DNA of 64,000 nucleotides from a virus, in the IMG/VR virus record IMGVR_UViG_3300035182_000347, positions 5,433-69,432 of that record; one strand, given 5' to 3'. Positions 52,670-62,594 of this stretch are shown in pieces. Numbering within the stretch: the first letter of the stretch is position 1; each line of letters starts with the position of its first letter. Under the pieces are notes generated by a model. The model did not search any database. It was not told the origin of the DNA and saw nothing but the letters and a program-made list of their open reading frames with translations. The translations under genes were made by a program, and so were the position numbers.

Positions 52670-53074
52670 GTGCGACCAGCCAAAGATACCGACTTTCTGG
52701 TTGATCTTGAAGGCGTTGGCAAGTTCCGCTTTGCGCGCCGCACCTTTGGTGACCGCATCAAGATTCGTGGCGAAATTGCTCGCATGTCGCGTGACTTTGG
52801 CGACGATCTTGATTCGGTTGCCGAGGTCTCGGTAGTCGCCATCTATAAAACGCTGATCGTCTCATGCCCGAAAGGCTGGGAGGATATTGAGGCGATTGAT
52901 CTGGTTGAGCATCCAGAAGCGGAGGAGCAGGCATGGCAGCTTTTCATCAAGCTGAACGACGCCGAAGACCGATTTCGCGAAGAGCGAAACAAGTCGCACA
53001 AAAAAGATGGGCAAAAAAATAGCGCACTCGATTCCGTTCTGGTTTCGACAGCGGTATCACCTGCCGCCAAATGA
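52670..53074 (+). CDS. tail assembly chaperone
   Basis: Between tube and tape measure. Confidence 0.75.
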   Translation: MRPAKDTDFLVDLEGVGKFRFARRTFGDRIKIRGEIARMSRDFGDDLDSVAEVSVVAIYKTLIVSCPKGWEDIEAIDLVEHPEAEEQAWQLFIKLNDAEDRFREERNKSHKKDGQKNSALDSVLVSTAVSPAAK

Positions 53075-53273
53075 TCCTCGCTTCCTCGCTTTAACCCCGG
53101 AGGAGGTCGAGACTGAATTCTGGGCTTGCCAGTACGCCGAAAAGCCAGCCACGGAAGATTACGAAGACGACTCGATTGATATTGAGGAAATACTTGCTCA
53201 GGCTGATCGGGAAGAGGCGGCGCTGCGCGCGGCGAAGTCTGACGAATGGGAAGAGGTAATCAACGATGGCTGA
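53007..53273 (+). CDS. second tail chaperone ORF (probable frameshift extension)
   Basis: FWFRQRYHLPPNDPRFL; overlaps upstream ORF at A-runs. Confidence 0.65.
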   Translation: MGKKIAHSIPFWFRQRYHLPPNDPRFLALTPEEVETEFWACQYAEKPATEDYEDDSIDIEEILAQADREEAALRAAKSDEWEEVINDG

Positions 53274-56151
53274 AATCAATGTCAAGGTGGCGATGGAGGG
53301 TGGGCTGAATGCGCCCGGCCAGACTCCGCAGCAACCGGCTGGTACAGGTCGGCCTGAACCAGGCAAACCAAATAAAGAAAGTCCAGCCGATGCCGCGCTT
53401 GAACGAGAGAAGCGCCTTGAAGCGGCCGCTCGGCGTGAAATCATCAAGCGCATGGGCAAGGCGACGGACGAGCAAGTCCGCTCCGTGCGGGCAGGCGTTG
53501 CCGAGTTGGCGCAGTTTGATCGACGCATACGCAAGTTTGGCGGCGATCTGGAAAAGCTGGTCCAAGGCTACAGCAAGACATTCGTCAGCCCGTCATTAGG
53601 GGCGCAGCATCACCGCGACCTGATGAGGCGCTTGGGCCTGCCAGAGCAAGGCATGCAACAGGCGGGCGGCATCATGGGTATGCTGGGAACGGCTGCTCGC
53701 GGCATGATTAGGGCTACCGGCATTGGCGGGGGCGTTGCTGGCGGCATCATGAATAGTTCCATTCAGCAGGCGCAAGACATGGATGGTGGGGCGGCGTCGG
53801 CTGGCGGGATAAGCATGCTCGCAAAGGGGGCCGGTGTTGCGGCGCTGGCCTATGCCGGAATCAAGGTCATCCAGAAAGTTGGCGAGAAAGTTGGCCAGGC
53901 GCAAGACGAGGCGATTGGCTACAGTGATCTGCGGCGCGCACTCGGCGGCAATGTCGAGGCCATGGAGACACTGCAAGGCTCGGTCAATAAGTCCGTCCTG
54001 AATCTTGGGGTGCTGACCAGTGATGCGCTGGCGCTGGCAAAGAACTACTCAACGTCGTCTCAGGTCTACGGCAAGGCATCCGGTGAAGTCGGGCAAGCCG
54101 TCGGCATCGGGGTGGGGCTATCGCGCGGCATGGGGATCGACCCGGCATCAGGCGTTTCATTCCTGGGCGGCATGCGCCACTTTGGCGCATCGGATGGTAC
54201 CGACAAAGACAATCGCCGACTGGCGCTTCTGATTGGCGATGCGGTAGGGAAAACGCGCGCCTTCAGCAAAGCCGACGACGTATTGCAGGCCATCTCGTAT
54301 TATGTCGAGACATCAACTCGGCAAACCTTTAACAGAGCCAACACCGAAGGCTATGCAGGGTTCCTTGGGGCGCTTGGGTCGCTGAAACTCCCCGGACTGG
54401 ATGCAGCCGGGTCGGCAAACATCATGGGCAAGGTGGCTGCCGGCTGGAATGGAGGTGGTGAAGCCGGGCAAAACTTGCGCCTTGGGTGGCTACAAAAGCA
54501 TGGCGTAACTGCGCTCGAAATGGGGGCGATTGATGATGCCGGGCCGTGGGCGCTACCCAGCAAGGCATTTGATGAAAATTCGTCGTATTACAAGGCGGCG
54601 GAAGCCGGGTTAAAGGGTGCAAAAACCAATGAAGACAAGGCAAAGTATCGCGCCGAAATGGAGCGCGCAAAGCAGATATCTGCCAGCATGTCCGCTGGCG
54701 GGCAGGAAAAAACGGCGCTAGTTCAGGAGCTTGAATACATCAAGCAGCAGCAGCCGAACATGCTGCGCCAGAGCATCATGGGAAAGCTCAACCTGAGCTG
54801 GTCAGAGGCTGGCGTAATCAAGTCTGCACTGGATAGCGGAGACCTTGGGTCACTGGATAAGAAGGTTGAAGCAGCTCTAGGCAAAAACAGAAATGGGTTC
54901 GTTGGGGCTGGCAAGTCGATGTCCGAAATCGATCCCAACAAATTCAGCGAACTGGCAATGATCCAGTTCGGCGATGAAAAGTCACTCAAAGCCATGCGCG
55001 ACAAGGACCTGAACAGGGGCGATGCCACCGCCACCGAGAAGTCTGCGCTGGTGGGCGCGAAAGATACCGATGCCCTACGTGAAGTTTTGACGCAATTCGA
55101 GGCATTCCGCGACACCAGCGACAAAGGCGAAGAGGCGCGCAAGGCCGCTGTCAATCTCGACAATCAATTCAAAGCCTACGCTGCATCAATCATCCCACTG
55201 ACCAATGCTATTCAGCAGGGGGTATTTGCGCTATTGCCATCTTGGGTAAAGACGAACGAGCTCAAGCAGATTGAGGCAGATGTGGGCTTCCAGCGCAAGA
55301 TTGATGCGGCGGCTGGTGATCAAGGCAAGATCAAGGCTATCACAGATGAAGCCGTGGCCATAGCCAGAAAGGGGCAGATGTCGAGCGAGGAGGAGCAAGA
55401 TAGGCGACACGCAGTAACCCATCTTTTTGGAAGCGCGGCGGAGAGAGGCGAAAAAATTAAGGCGATTACAGAGGAGCGCGACCGGAGAAACGCGATAATC
55501 CCATCCCAAATCCAGTCGCTTGTAAGCCGAATTGACGAAAACGCTGCGACCATGGCGTCATCACATGGCGTAGCACCCAATCAGCGCGATATAAAAGCAC
55601 GCAAAGGCATGCAGCTCACCGCCGAGGAGCTGGCCTACCTGGCAGAAACGGACAAGTTGCTTGGCGCAAAACCGGGAACGTCTGCCGCGCAAATACAGGT
55701 GGAAAGCGGCAATAACCCAGATGCTATTTCAAAAACCGGGGCATGGGGTTTGGGTCAGATCATGCCAAGAGAGCGCGCCATCATGGAGCAGCGCATGGGG
55801 CGGAAGATTAAGACGCGCAAGGATCAGCTTGAGGCGCACCGCTTGATGATGCTCGAAAACAAAAAGAAATACAAAACCGTTGAAGACTCTTTAAGGGCGT
55901 ACAACGGCGGGTGGTCGCCGGATACGTGGTGGAATAGAGAAACGTCAGAATACGTTGGTAAAGTCGCCGCAGCGCGTGGCGACACGGATGCCCAAGTCCC
56001 AGCAGCCGCCAGGCCGGCTAATGCCGCTATTGTAGCCTCCGGCAGCGTCGATATGTCGCTGACACTCAATGGGCCAAGCATCACCCCTACGGAAGTTCAA
56101 AAGAGAATCCCGCTTGGGTTCAAGGGCTCGCTTGCAGGGTTGCCGGCATGA
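53266..56151 (+). CDS. tape measure protein with C-terminal lytic transglycosylase
   Basis: Gly/Ala-rich; QVESG.NP.A.S..GA.GLGQIMP, AYNGG. Confidence 0.9.
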   Translation: MAEINVKVAMEGGLNAPGQTPQQPAGTGRPEPGKPNKESPADAALEREKRLEAAARREIIKRMGKATDEQVRSVRAGVAELAQFDRRIRKFGGDLEKLVQGYSKTFVSPSLGAQHHRDLMRRLGLPEQGMQQAGGIMGMLGTAARGMIRATGIGGGVAGGIMNSSIQQAQDMDGGAASAGGISMLAKGAGVAALAYAGIKVIQKVGEKVGQAQDEAIGYSDLRRALGGNVEAMETLQGSVNKSVLNLGVLTSDALALAKNYSTSSQVYGKASGEVGQAVGIGVGLSRGMGIDPASGVSFLGGMRHFGASDGTDKDNRRLALLIGDAVGKTRAFSKADDVLQAISYYVETSTRQTFNRANTEGYAGFLGALGSLKLPGLDAAGSANIMGKVAAGWNGGGEAGQNLRLGWLQKHGVTALEMGAIDDAGPWALPSKAFDENSSYYKAAEAGLKGAKTNEDKAKYRAEMERAKQISASMSAGGQEKTALVQELEYIKQQQPNMLRQSIMGKLNLSWSEAGVIKSALDSGDLGSLDKKVEAALGKNRNGFVGAGKSMSEIDPNKFSELAMIQFGDEKSLKAMRDKDLNRGDATATEKSALVGAKDTDALREVLTQFEAFRDTSDKGEEARKAAVNLDNQFKAYAASIIPLTNAIQQGVFALLPSWVKTNELKQIEADVGFQRKIDAAAGDQGKIKAITDEAVAIARKGQMSSEEEQDRRHAVTHLFGSAAERGEKIKAITEERDRRNAIIPSQIQSLVSRIDENAATMASSHGVAPNQRDIKARKGMQLTAEELAYLAETDKLLGAKPGTSAAQIQVESGNNPDAISKTGAWGLGQIMPRERAIMEQRMGRKIKTRKDQLEAHRLMMLENKKKYKTVEDSLRAYNGGWSPDTWWNRETSEYVGKVAAARGDTDAQVPAAARPANAAIVASGSVDMSLTLNGPSITPTEVQKRIPLGFKGSLAGLPA

Positions 56152-57632
56152 AAGTTCACAAGCCGCTTATCAAGGTCACACTGATCAAGACGCGGGCGCG
56201 CAATTTTGTCACGGGGCTGCTACCCGCCTCCGGTGCCAGATACAAAACGCCGCGTATTCTTGATCTGACACCCTACTTATCTGATGGCGGCGTGGTCACG
56301 CACAAAAATGTTCGTGAGCCTGCTGGGTCATTCACCGTCAGCCTGCTGCCGCGACCATACTCGCACAATGGCGTGCCATTGCTTGAGTCGCTGGACATGC
56401 TGATCGAGCCAATGGATATTGTAGAAATCCGCATGGCGCACAATCCTCCAGATCAAAGCCTGCCGCAAGAAGAGCGCTTGAAATGGCCGCCCATCATCAT
56501 GCGCGGCTTTGTCTCTCGGGTGGCAAAATCAGAATCAATCAGCAATGGCACTCCAGCGCGCTCAATCATGATCAGCGGGCAGGATTTCGGAAAGATTTTG
56601 CAGATCATCCAGATTTACTACCTCAACAACTCGGTAGTCGGCGATAACCTGGTATCGGCGCTCAAGTTCTTCCAGAAGTACGCGCCAAGTGGTGATGTGA
56701 AGAACGAAAAAGCCAGCGATTTTGTTTTGAAGCTGCTGAAAGAGGTTATCAATCCGTATTTGTCTGTAATATCAGCGCTGACCGAGAAAAGCGGCGGCGT
56801 GCCATCGGAAATGAAGCCAGATATAAGCGCGGAAGGCGTGGTTTCCCCGTTTGGCGTGGGCGGCGCGCAAGACATGACGATGCACCAGTTGCTGACCAAG
56901 TTCCTTGATGTTGGCGCATACAACGAGCTGTACATCGAAGATCGCGGGCCGGACGTGTATCTCGTATTGCGGCCAATGCCATGCTGGGGCGGCGACGGAC
57001 TTCCTTATAAGCCAGAAGACGCCATCCCATCAATTGCCAAGATTGGTTTGGGGGATGTGGTTAGCACACAGTTGATGCGGAGCGATGAGGGCCTATACAA
57101 CATCTTTGAGGTCACGTCGTCTCGGGTGTCCGTGGTGGATAACGGCATTTACCGTCTTATCGCCATGAGCTCGGAAGCAGGCAATCCGTTGCGGCTTCAG
57201 GTGCAAAACCACGAGGCCGCATTTTTTGGCATTCGTCGCGTCGCCGTTGATGTCATGCTGAACAACCCGGCACTGGTGACAACTGACGCAGACAAAAAAG
57301 AAGCTAGCGGGACAAGCCTGAAGAATGCCGAGCAATGGATTCAAGATCGGCGTGAACGACTATTTCTGCTGAACAAGGACGCCTCGGTATTCGAGACCGG
57401 ATCGCTGCGACTCAAAGGCAACGAAAACCTGCGTGCCGGCATGCGGCTGGAAGTCGCACATTCCGGCGGCATGATCGTCAGCTACTACGTACCAGCCATT
57501 ACCCATGAATTTATTCCAGGCCAAGGGTTTTTCACCACGGCTCAGGTAGAGCGCGGCAATAGTTTCATTCTGTCAGCCGGAATCAACCAAGCGCCCGATC
57601 TTCGGCGGCGCGACCTGGGGGGCGTTAGATGA
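56148..57632 (+). CDS. baseplate hub protein
   Basis: Follows TMP; ISGQDFGK, NELYIED, G.L.LKGNE.LRAG. Confidence 0.75.
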   Translation: MKVHKPLIKVTLIKTRARNFVTGLLPASGARYKTPRILDLTPYLSDGGVVTHKNVREPAGSFTVSLLPRPYSHNGVPLLESLDMLIEPMDIVEIRMAHNPPDQSLPQEERLKWPPIIMRGFVSRVAKSESISNGTPARSIMISGQDFGKILQIIQIYYLNNSVVGDNLVSALKFFQKYAPSGDVKNEKASDFVLKLLKEVINPYLSVISALTEKSGGVPSEMKPDISAEGVVSPFGVGGAQDMTMHQLLTKFLDVGAYNELYIEDRGPDVYLVLRPMPCWGGDGLPYKPEDAIPSIAKIGLGDVVSTQLMRSDEGLYNIFEVTSSRVSVVDNGIYRLIAMSSEAGNPLRLQVQNHEAAFFGIRRVAVDVMLNNPALVTTDADKKEASGTSLKNAEQWIQDRRERLFLLNKDASVFETGSLRLKGNENLRAGMRLEVAHSGGMIVSYYVPAITHEFIPGQGFFTTAQVERGNSFILSAGINQAPDLRRRDLGGVR

Positions 57633-58441
57633 TCGATGAACTGGGCAAGGTGGTTGCCATCCACCCTGAATCGAACTGCGTGGACGTGGTTCTCTACCGG
57701 ACGGGACTACGCTTGCCAGCGGTTCGCGTGTTAGGCGACATGGCGACCGGTCAGACTGGGGTTGCCAATCTTCATGTACCTGACTGCAAGGATGGCTTTG
57801 ATTCAGCCAACACCGGCAAGCGGGACATTGTGGCTGCGATTGCCTACTACAAAGAATTTCCGATGGTTGTTGGCTTCATGTTCCCTGAAGTGGCGGAATG
57901 CCTGTTTGCGCGCAATGATTTCAAGGTCGACCGCCATGCATCGGACGTGTACTCAACCATTGACGCCGATGGCAACATGGAGACCTATCACCCATCTGGA
58001 ACCTACCTGCGCATCGGCACGTCTCCCGCTCACGAGGATTTGACCGGAAAGGATTACGACGCCATCTGGAAAATCGAACGCAATACGCAAAAGGCCGTGC
58101 ATGTGCATCTCGTGGTCGCCAATGCTGGCGCGGTAAAGGCGACGATTGATATTGACCAAAATGGAAATATCACAATCTCCAATGCTGGGAATACCCAAAT
58201 CAACACGTCTGGCACGCTTGCCGCGGTTATCGGTGGAGAAACCTCAATCACTACGCCAAAGGTCACGATGACAACTTCAGAGCTGATGGTGACTGGGAAG
58301 ATTACAGCCAACGGCACGATTACCGATCTGGCTGGTAGCAGCGGCAAGAGTATGAGCGGAATGCGCGCCACTTACAATTCGCACACGCATCCGGAAAACG
58401 GTAACGGCGGACCAACGAGCGCACCGAATCAGCCCATGTAA
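57629..58441 (+). CDS. baseplate spike (gpV-like)
   Basis: OB-like N-terminus, HPSG, beta-helix-like repeats, YNSHTH metal-binding tip. Confidence 0.85.
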   Translation: MIDELGKVVAIHPESNCVDVVLYRTGLRLPAVRVLGDMATGQTGVANLHVPDCKDGFDSANTGKRDIVAAIAYYKEFPMVVGFMFPEVAECLFARNDFKVDRHASDVYSTIDADGNMETYHPSGTYLRIGTSPAHEDLTGKDYDAIWKIERNTQKAVHVHLVVANAGAVKATIDIDQNGNITISNAGNTQINTSGTLAAVIGGETSITTPKVTMTTSELMVTGKITANGTITDLAGSSGKSMSGMRATYNSHTHPENGNGGPTSAPNQPM

Positions 58442-58465
58442 AAGTCGGCGTTGGTGAGATGGCGC

Positions 58466-58487
58466 GTCGTGACGTTATCGTCAGCGC
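58466..58487 (+). promoter_or_regulatory. putative late promoter, leaderless
   Basis: GTCGTGAC-GT-TATCGT-6 nt-ATG(58488). Confidence 0.8.
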
Positions 58488-59651
58488 ATGGCTACCCAAA
58501 GCAATCCAGACAAGCTAGGTGCAAAAGAGCGCCCTATCGCCTTTGTTCTGCACGACACTAATCCTGGCGGCAGGCCAACAAAGGTGCAGCTCTGGGTGCG
58601 CCCAGAAGACTTGTCGATTACCTCGCCGTCACGCATGGCCATCACGAATACCTTTGGACAGGATGGAGGCTGGGCCGATAGCTTTGGAGAAGGCGTCAAG
58701 ACCATCACGCTATCAGGCATTACTGGATGGGGCGGTCCGCGTACCAACGGTGGATCAGACGATGGCTATCAGCACTTTGTTGATCTACACAATACCGTGT
58801 TTCGTTCATGGCACGCCCTGCGGGACGCGGCGGCGCGACTTGGAAATGACCCGGACAAGGTAAAACTCATCCTGGCCGATGGGTTGGACCAGTTGACATG
58901 GGTCGTGGCTCCGCAGAACTTCGTGCTCAAGCGCAATAAGTCACGCCCGTTGATGGTGCAGTACAACATCACCATGCACCGCATCGCCGATGGAATTGAA
59001 GAGTTGGCAGCGGCAGGGCCGGACATTGAGGAAAAGAAGGCGGCGGCCATCAAAAGCCTGGAAAACACAGTGAATGATTTGGACAATGCCGCAACGGCCA
59101 TCGCTAAAGCGGCCTCTGCGGCGCTAGCCACTTTCAAAGAAGGGTTGGTGAGTTTTGTAAAGATGACGGCAAACCTTCTGCGCAAGGTGGTGGCTGGCGT
59201 CAAGTCATTGACTGGGGCCGTTGGCGGCGTATTTGGTGACCTCATCGTAATTGCGAAAGACATCGCCCGCGCCGGAATGAACATCGCACACACCATCGCC
59301 GCAGTGATGACCTTGCCGGCGCAGATCAAGAACGAGTTCTCCAAGTTGGCGAGCGCCTACTCGAACATGATGTGCGTGCTGAAAAATGTTTTTCGCAAGC
59401 GCCGCTACTTGCCTCAGTACGACATCAACGGCAGCGGAAACTGCGCTTCTACGGCAGGTGGCAGCGGCATTTCGCCCTACGTTTCGGAGAACACATTTTC
59501 AGCCGTGCTCAAGTCGGATAAGGCGCTTGTTTCAGTCACCAAGCTGGCGTCGGAATCCATTGCACAAACAGGGAAGCTAGACCCGCTGGTTGCGCCGATT
59601 GAAAGCATTCTGCGCACTCCAGGCCTGATTGCCAGCGGGGTGAGTATCTGA
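58488..59651 (+). CDS. baseplate/tube-initiator-like protein
   Basis: RPEDL, W.DSFG.G...ITLSG.TG, RPL..QY.I. Confidence 0.65.
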   Translation: MATQSNPDKLGAKERPIAFVLHDTNPGGRPTKVQLWVRPEDLSITSPSRMAITNTFGQDGGWADSFGEGVKTITLSGITGWGGPRTNGGSDDGYQHFVDLHNTVFRSWHALRDAAARLGNDPDKVKLILADGLDQLTWVVAPQNFVLKRNKSRPLMVQYNITMHRIADGIEELAAAGPDIEEKKAAAIKSLENTVNDLDNAATAIAKAASAALATFKEGLVSFVKMTANLLRKVVAGVKSLTGAVGGVFGDLIVIAKDIARAGMNIAHTIAAVMTLPAQIKNEFSKLASAYSNMMCVLKNVFRKRRYLPQYDINGSGNCASTAGGSGISPYVSENTFSAVLKSDKALVSVTKLASESIAQTGKLDPLVAPIESILRTPGLIASGVSI

Positions 59652-60247
59652 TGGCCGACATTTCCGTCCGCTACGCCGAGACAAATTACGGCGACACCTT
59701 GCAGGCGATTGCGCTGCGCGAGCTGGGCAATTCAGATCACTGGACCGATCTGATCTGGTTAAACGACCTGATCCCGCCTTTTATTACCGACGATGCCACC
59801 TTGGCTGGCGCACGAGTCCTACTGTCTGGCGAAAAAATCGCCCTACCGATGGGCGATTCCGGTATCTCTCCGGACGAGCGCGAGACCTTTGGCGTGGACG
59901 TCGCGCTCACTGATGTTGGCGTACTCACTGTGAGCGATGGTGATTTTGTGGTCGAGGATGGATTCAAAAACCTGCAATACGCTATTTGCCGGCGCATTGT
60001 CACCGAAAAGCGCACCAAGGGGTTCTCACCGGAATACGGCTGCTGGGTCGGCCTGCTGCGCGGCGAACGGCTGGGTGCGGCAAATCTGGCGCTGGCAGCA
60101 TTTTATGTGCAGTCGGCCATCCGCGAAGATGATCGGGTGGCAGATGTGCTGTCTTGTGTGGCCACGGCAGAGGGCGATGCAATCAAGATCAATGCCGTGG
60201 TCAAGCCGATTGAAGGCCGCGATTTGAAATTGGAGGTATTGGTGTGA
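59651..60247 (+). CDS. LysM-like plus gp25-like baseplate wedge protein
   Basis: GDTLQAIA.R.LG; PEYG...DDRV. Confidence 0.75.
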   Translation: MADISVRYAETNYGDTLQAIALRELGNSDHWTDLIWLNDLIPPFITDDATLAGARVLLSGEKIALPMGDSGISPDERETFGVDVALTDVGVLTVSDGDFVVEDGFKNLQYAICRRIVTEKRTKGFSPEYGCWVGLLRGERLGAANLALAAFYVQSAIREDDRVADVLSCVATAEGDAIKINAVVKPIEGRDLKLEVLV

Positions 60248-61365
60248 GTTTCCAGACAAAGAACTTCCTGACTATCCTGCTGGGCATGACCAATCTCGCC
60301 AAAGCAACGCAGGATAAGATTACTGACTTCCGAGTGGGATCAGTGGCGCGCACTCTCTTGGAAGCGTCGGCAGCGGAAATTGATGAGTTGTACCAGAACA
60401 TGTTTATTGGCCTGAAAGAGGCAATTCCTGTAGCCATCTACAACTCGTTCGAGTTCGGATTGCTGCCAGCCGTCTCGGCAAGCGGATTAGTGAGGGTAAC
60501 AATCACCTCATCGGACTTGGTAACAAATATTCCTGCCGGCACGGAATTTTCAATAAATGCGTCATCGCAGAGGTATATAAGCTTGTCGGATGCGATTATT
60601 CCGGCTGGGAATACCTATATCGATGTTGCGGTGGCTGCCAGTAGTGCTGGTATTGGCGGCAATATACCGGCTGCGCAGTCGTTTTCCTTGACGCCATCGC
60701 CTGCTGGTTTTCTGTCGGCATCAAATAGCGCTGAATTTATCAACGGGGCAGAATCTGAGACAAGTGAGCAGAGAAAATCAAGGTTTGTTGACTTTGTGCA
60801 GACGCTAAATCGAGGAACGGTTTCCGCGTTGCAATATGGCGCGAAGCAATCCAAATTGATGGATGCAAGCGGAAGCATCATAGAGCAAGTAAATAGTTCG
60901 GTGGTTATCGAGCCGTGGCTGACGAACCCTGGCGCACCGGTAGCCCTTGTAGAGCTTTACATTCACAACGGCGCTAGTGGTGCTAGTGGTGCGCTGATTG
61001 CTGAAACATCCAAAGTTATTGATGGCTACATTGACGGCAATGGGGCGCGTGTAGCGGGCTGGAAATCTGCGGGCGTAAAAGTAAATGTTTACGCGGCAGC
61101 GCTAACTCAAGTAAATATCACGGCCTTTGTGTCCATTACTGATGGCTTTGATGCCGCGGCAACCATAGCAAGCGTGACAGCAGAAATCGCGAACTACATC
61201 GATCAACTGCCAATTGCAGGAAATGTTTTGCTGGCGGAAATTATTTCCTCGGCAATGGGCATCGCTGGTGTTGATAACTTCACAATTGTCACGCCTGGCG
61301 CTGACGTTAGCATTGGTGCGACCAACAAGGCCTTCGCTGGAATAATTGCCGTCACGGAGCCATGA
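60244..61365 (+). CDS. baseplate J-like protein
   Basis: TDF.VGSVARTLLEA, IPAGT, G..GN, NGAESE...RGT. Confidence 0.9.
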   Translation: MSFQTKNFLTILLGMTNLAKATQDKITDFRVGSVARTLLEASAAEIDELYQNMFIGLKEAIPVAIYNSFEFGLLPAVSASGLVRVTITSSDLVTNIPAGTEFSINASSQRYISLSDAIIPAGNTYIDVAVAASSAGIGGNIPAAQSFSLTPSPAGFLSASNSAEFINGAESETSEQRKSRFVDFVQTLNRGTVSALQYGAKQSKLMDASGSIIEQVNSSVVIEPWLTNPGAPVALVELYIHNGASGASGALIAETSKVIDGYIDGNGARVAGWKSAGVKVNVYAAALTQVNITAFVSITDGFDAAATIASVTAEIANYIDQLPIAGNVLLAEIISSAMGIAGVDNFTIVTPGADVSIGATNKAFAGIIAVTEP

Positions 61366-61366
61366 T

Positions 61367-62545
61367 ATGCGCCTGACAGACAAACTTTTGGGGTATCTGC
61401 ACGGAGTTTTTAACAAAACTCCTGCGGAGTTCGTTGCCTTCCGAGCGCGCCACTTTTCAGATGCGTTCCGATATGTCGTGAGCGACTTTGTGCTGGAATG
61501 TTTTGATGGTGATGTCTCGCTATTTACTGCAAACCTGAACAATTACACCCTGTTAGGTCTGGCTGAATTTATTGGAAATCAGTCGGGCATGTCAGTTAGC
61601 TATCACGGCGATGACGTAACGCGCACGCTATCTGCCCGCGTGTTGCTAGAAAGATCGTCGGCACAAATAGACTCCAATGGCGACCAATTTATCGCCTACT
61701 CATCTCTGCTTTGGAGTTATCTCGATAGCGTTGGAGAAAGTCTTGCGACCGCTCGATTCGACATAGTTTCAGCACTGGATCAGATGTCAATCAAAACTGC
61801 CGACGATGATTGGCTTGATGAGTGGGGCGGCTACTTCGGCATACCACGAATATCCGCAGAAACTGACACCAGTTACGCCAATCGGATTGTCATCGAAATA
61901 ATGCGTCCGCGTGGCAACAATAAAGCCATTGAGATGGCATTGCTTGAGAGTTTTGGTCAAGAAGCGTCAGTGATTGACTTGGAAAAACGATTAATCACCG
62001 AAAGGACTTACAACGGCAGCAGCCTGCACAATGGGCTGATAAATCATGATGCTACCGACGATCCATTTTACGGATTGTTCGCCGTTGCAATTGGGTACGA
62101 TATTGAGGCTGGGGGTGACCTTCTGGAATACGCTGGTCGCGTGCGTCAATTTATTGAACAATTCCGTGACGCCGGTACGCACATGGAGAGCCTTCGCCTG
62201 TCGGAATCAGTATTGAATGACAGCTACCCAGGAACCATGGTTGATGCCGGTTATTCGGCAGTTGTTGAGCTGATTGGCTGGCGCGGGTCTGATCGCTCAT
62301 ACGATGGATCCCGTTACTACGACGGAAGTTTCAGCCATGATTCAACCGTATTCGGCGACTATTGCGACCCATCCCAAGATAGTGATTTCACTTCGGATGC
62401 ATCGCTCACATTGAGTGACACAAGCGATGCGGCGCTTGATGATGGATCGCTTGATATTACCTACACCACAACCTATGGCGGGCTGCGCTACTACAGCGGA
62501 ATGGTTCAGTATCAGAGTGGGAACACCGTATCAATGACGCTGTAG
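61367..62545 (+). CDS. baseplate wedge (gpI-like) protein
   Basis: WLDEWG.YFGIPR...ETD..Y..RI; YDGS repeats. Confidence 0.75.
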   Translation: MRLTDKLLGYLHGVFNKTPAEFVAFRARHFSDAFRYVVSDFVLECFDGDVSLFTANLNNYTLLGLAEFIGNQSGMSVSYHGDDVTRTLSARVLLERSSAQIDSNGDQFIAYSSLLWSYLDSVGESLATARFDIVSALDQMSIKTADDDWLDEWGGYFGIPRISAETDTSYANRIVIEIMRPRGNNKAIEMALLESFGQEASVIDLEKRLITERTYNGSSLHNGLINHDATDDPFYGLFAVAIGYDIEAGGDLLEYAGRVRQFIEQFRDAGTHMESLRLSESVLNDSYPGTMVDAGYSAVVELIGWRGSDRSYDGSRYYDGSFSHDSTVFGDYCDPSQDSDFTSDASLTLSDTSDAALDDGSLDITYTTTYGGLRYYSGMVQYQSGNTVSMTL

Positions 62546-62549
62546 GCCG

Positions 62550-62565
62550 GTCGTGACGATAGCCT
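62550..62565 (+). promoter_or_regulatory. putative late promoter (leadered)
   Basis: GTCGTGAC-GA-TAGCCT upstream of 62595. Confidence 0.7.
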
Positions 62566-62594
62566 GCTAAAACTCAATTACCCAAGGTCTGATC

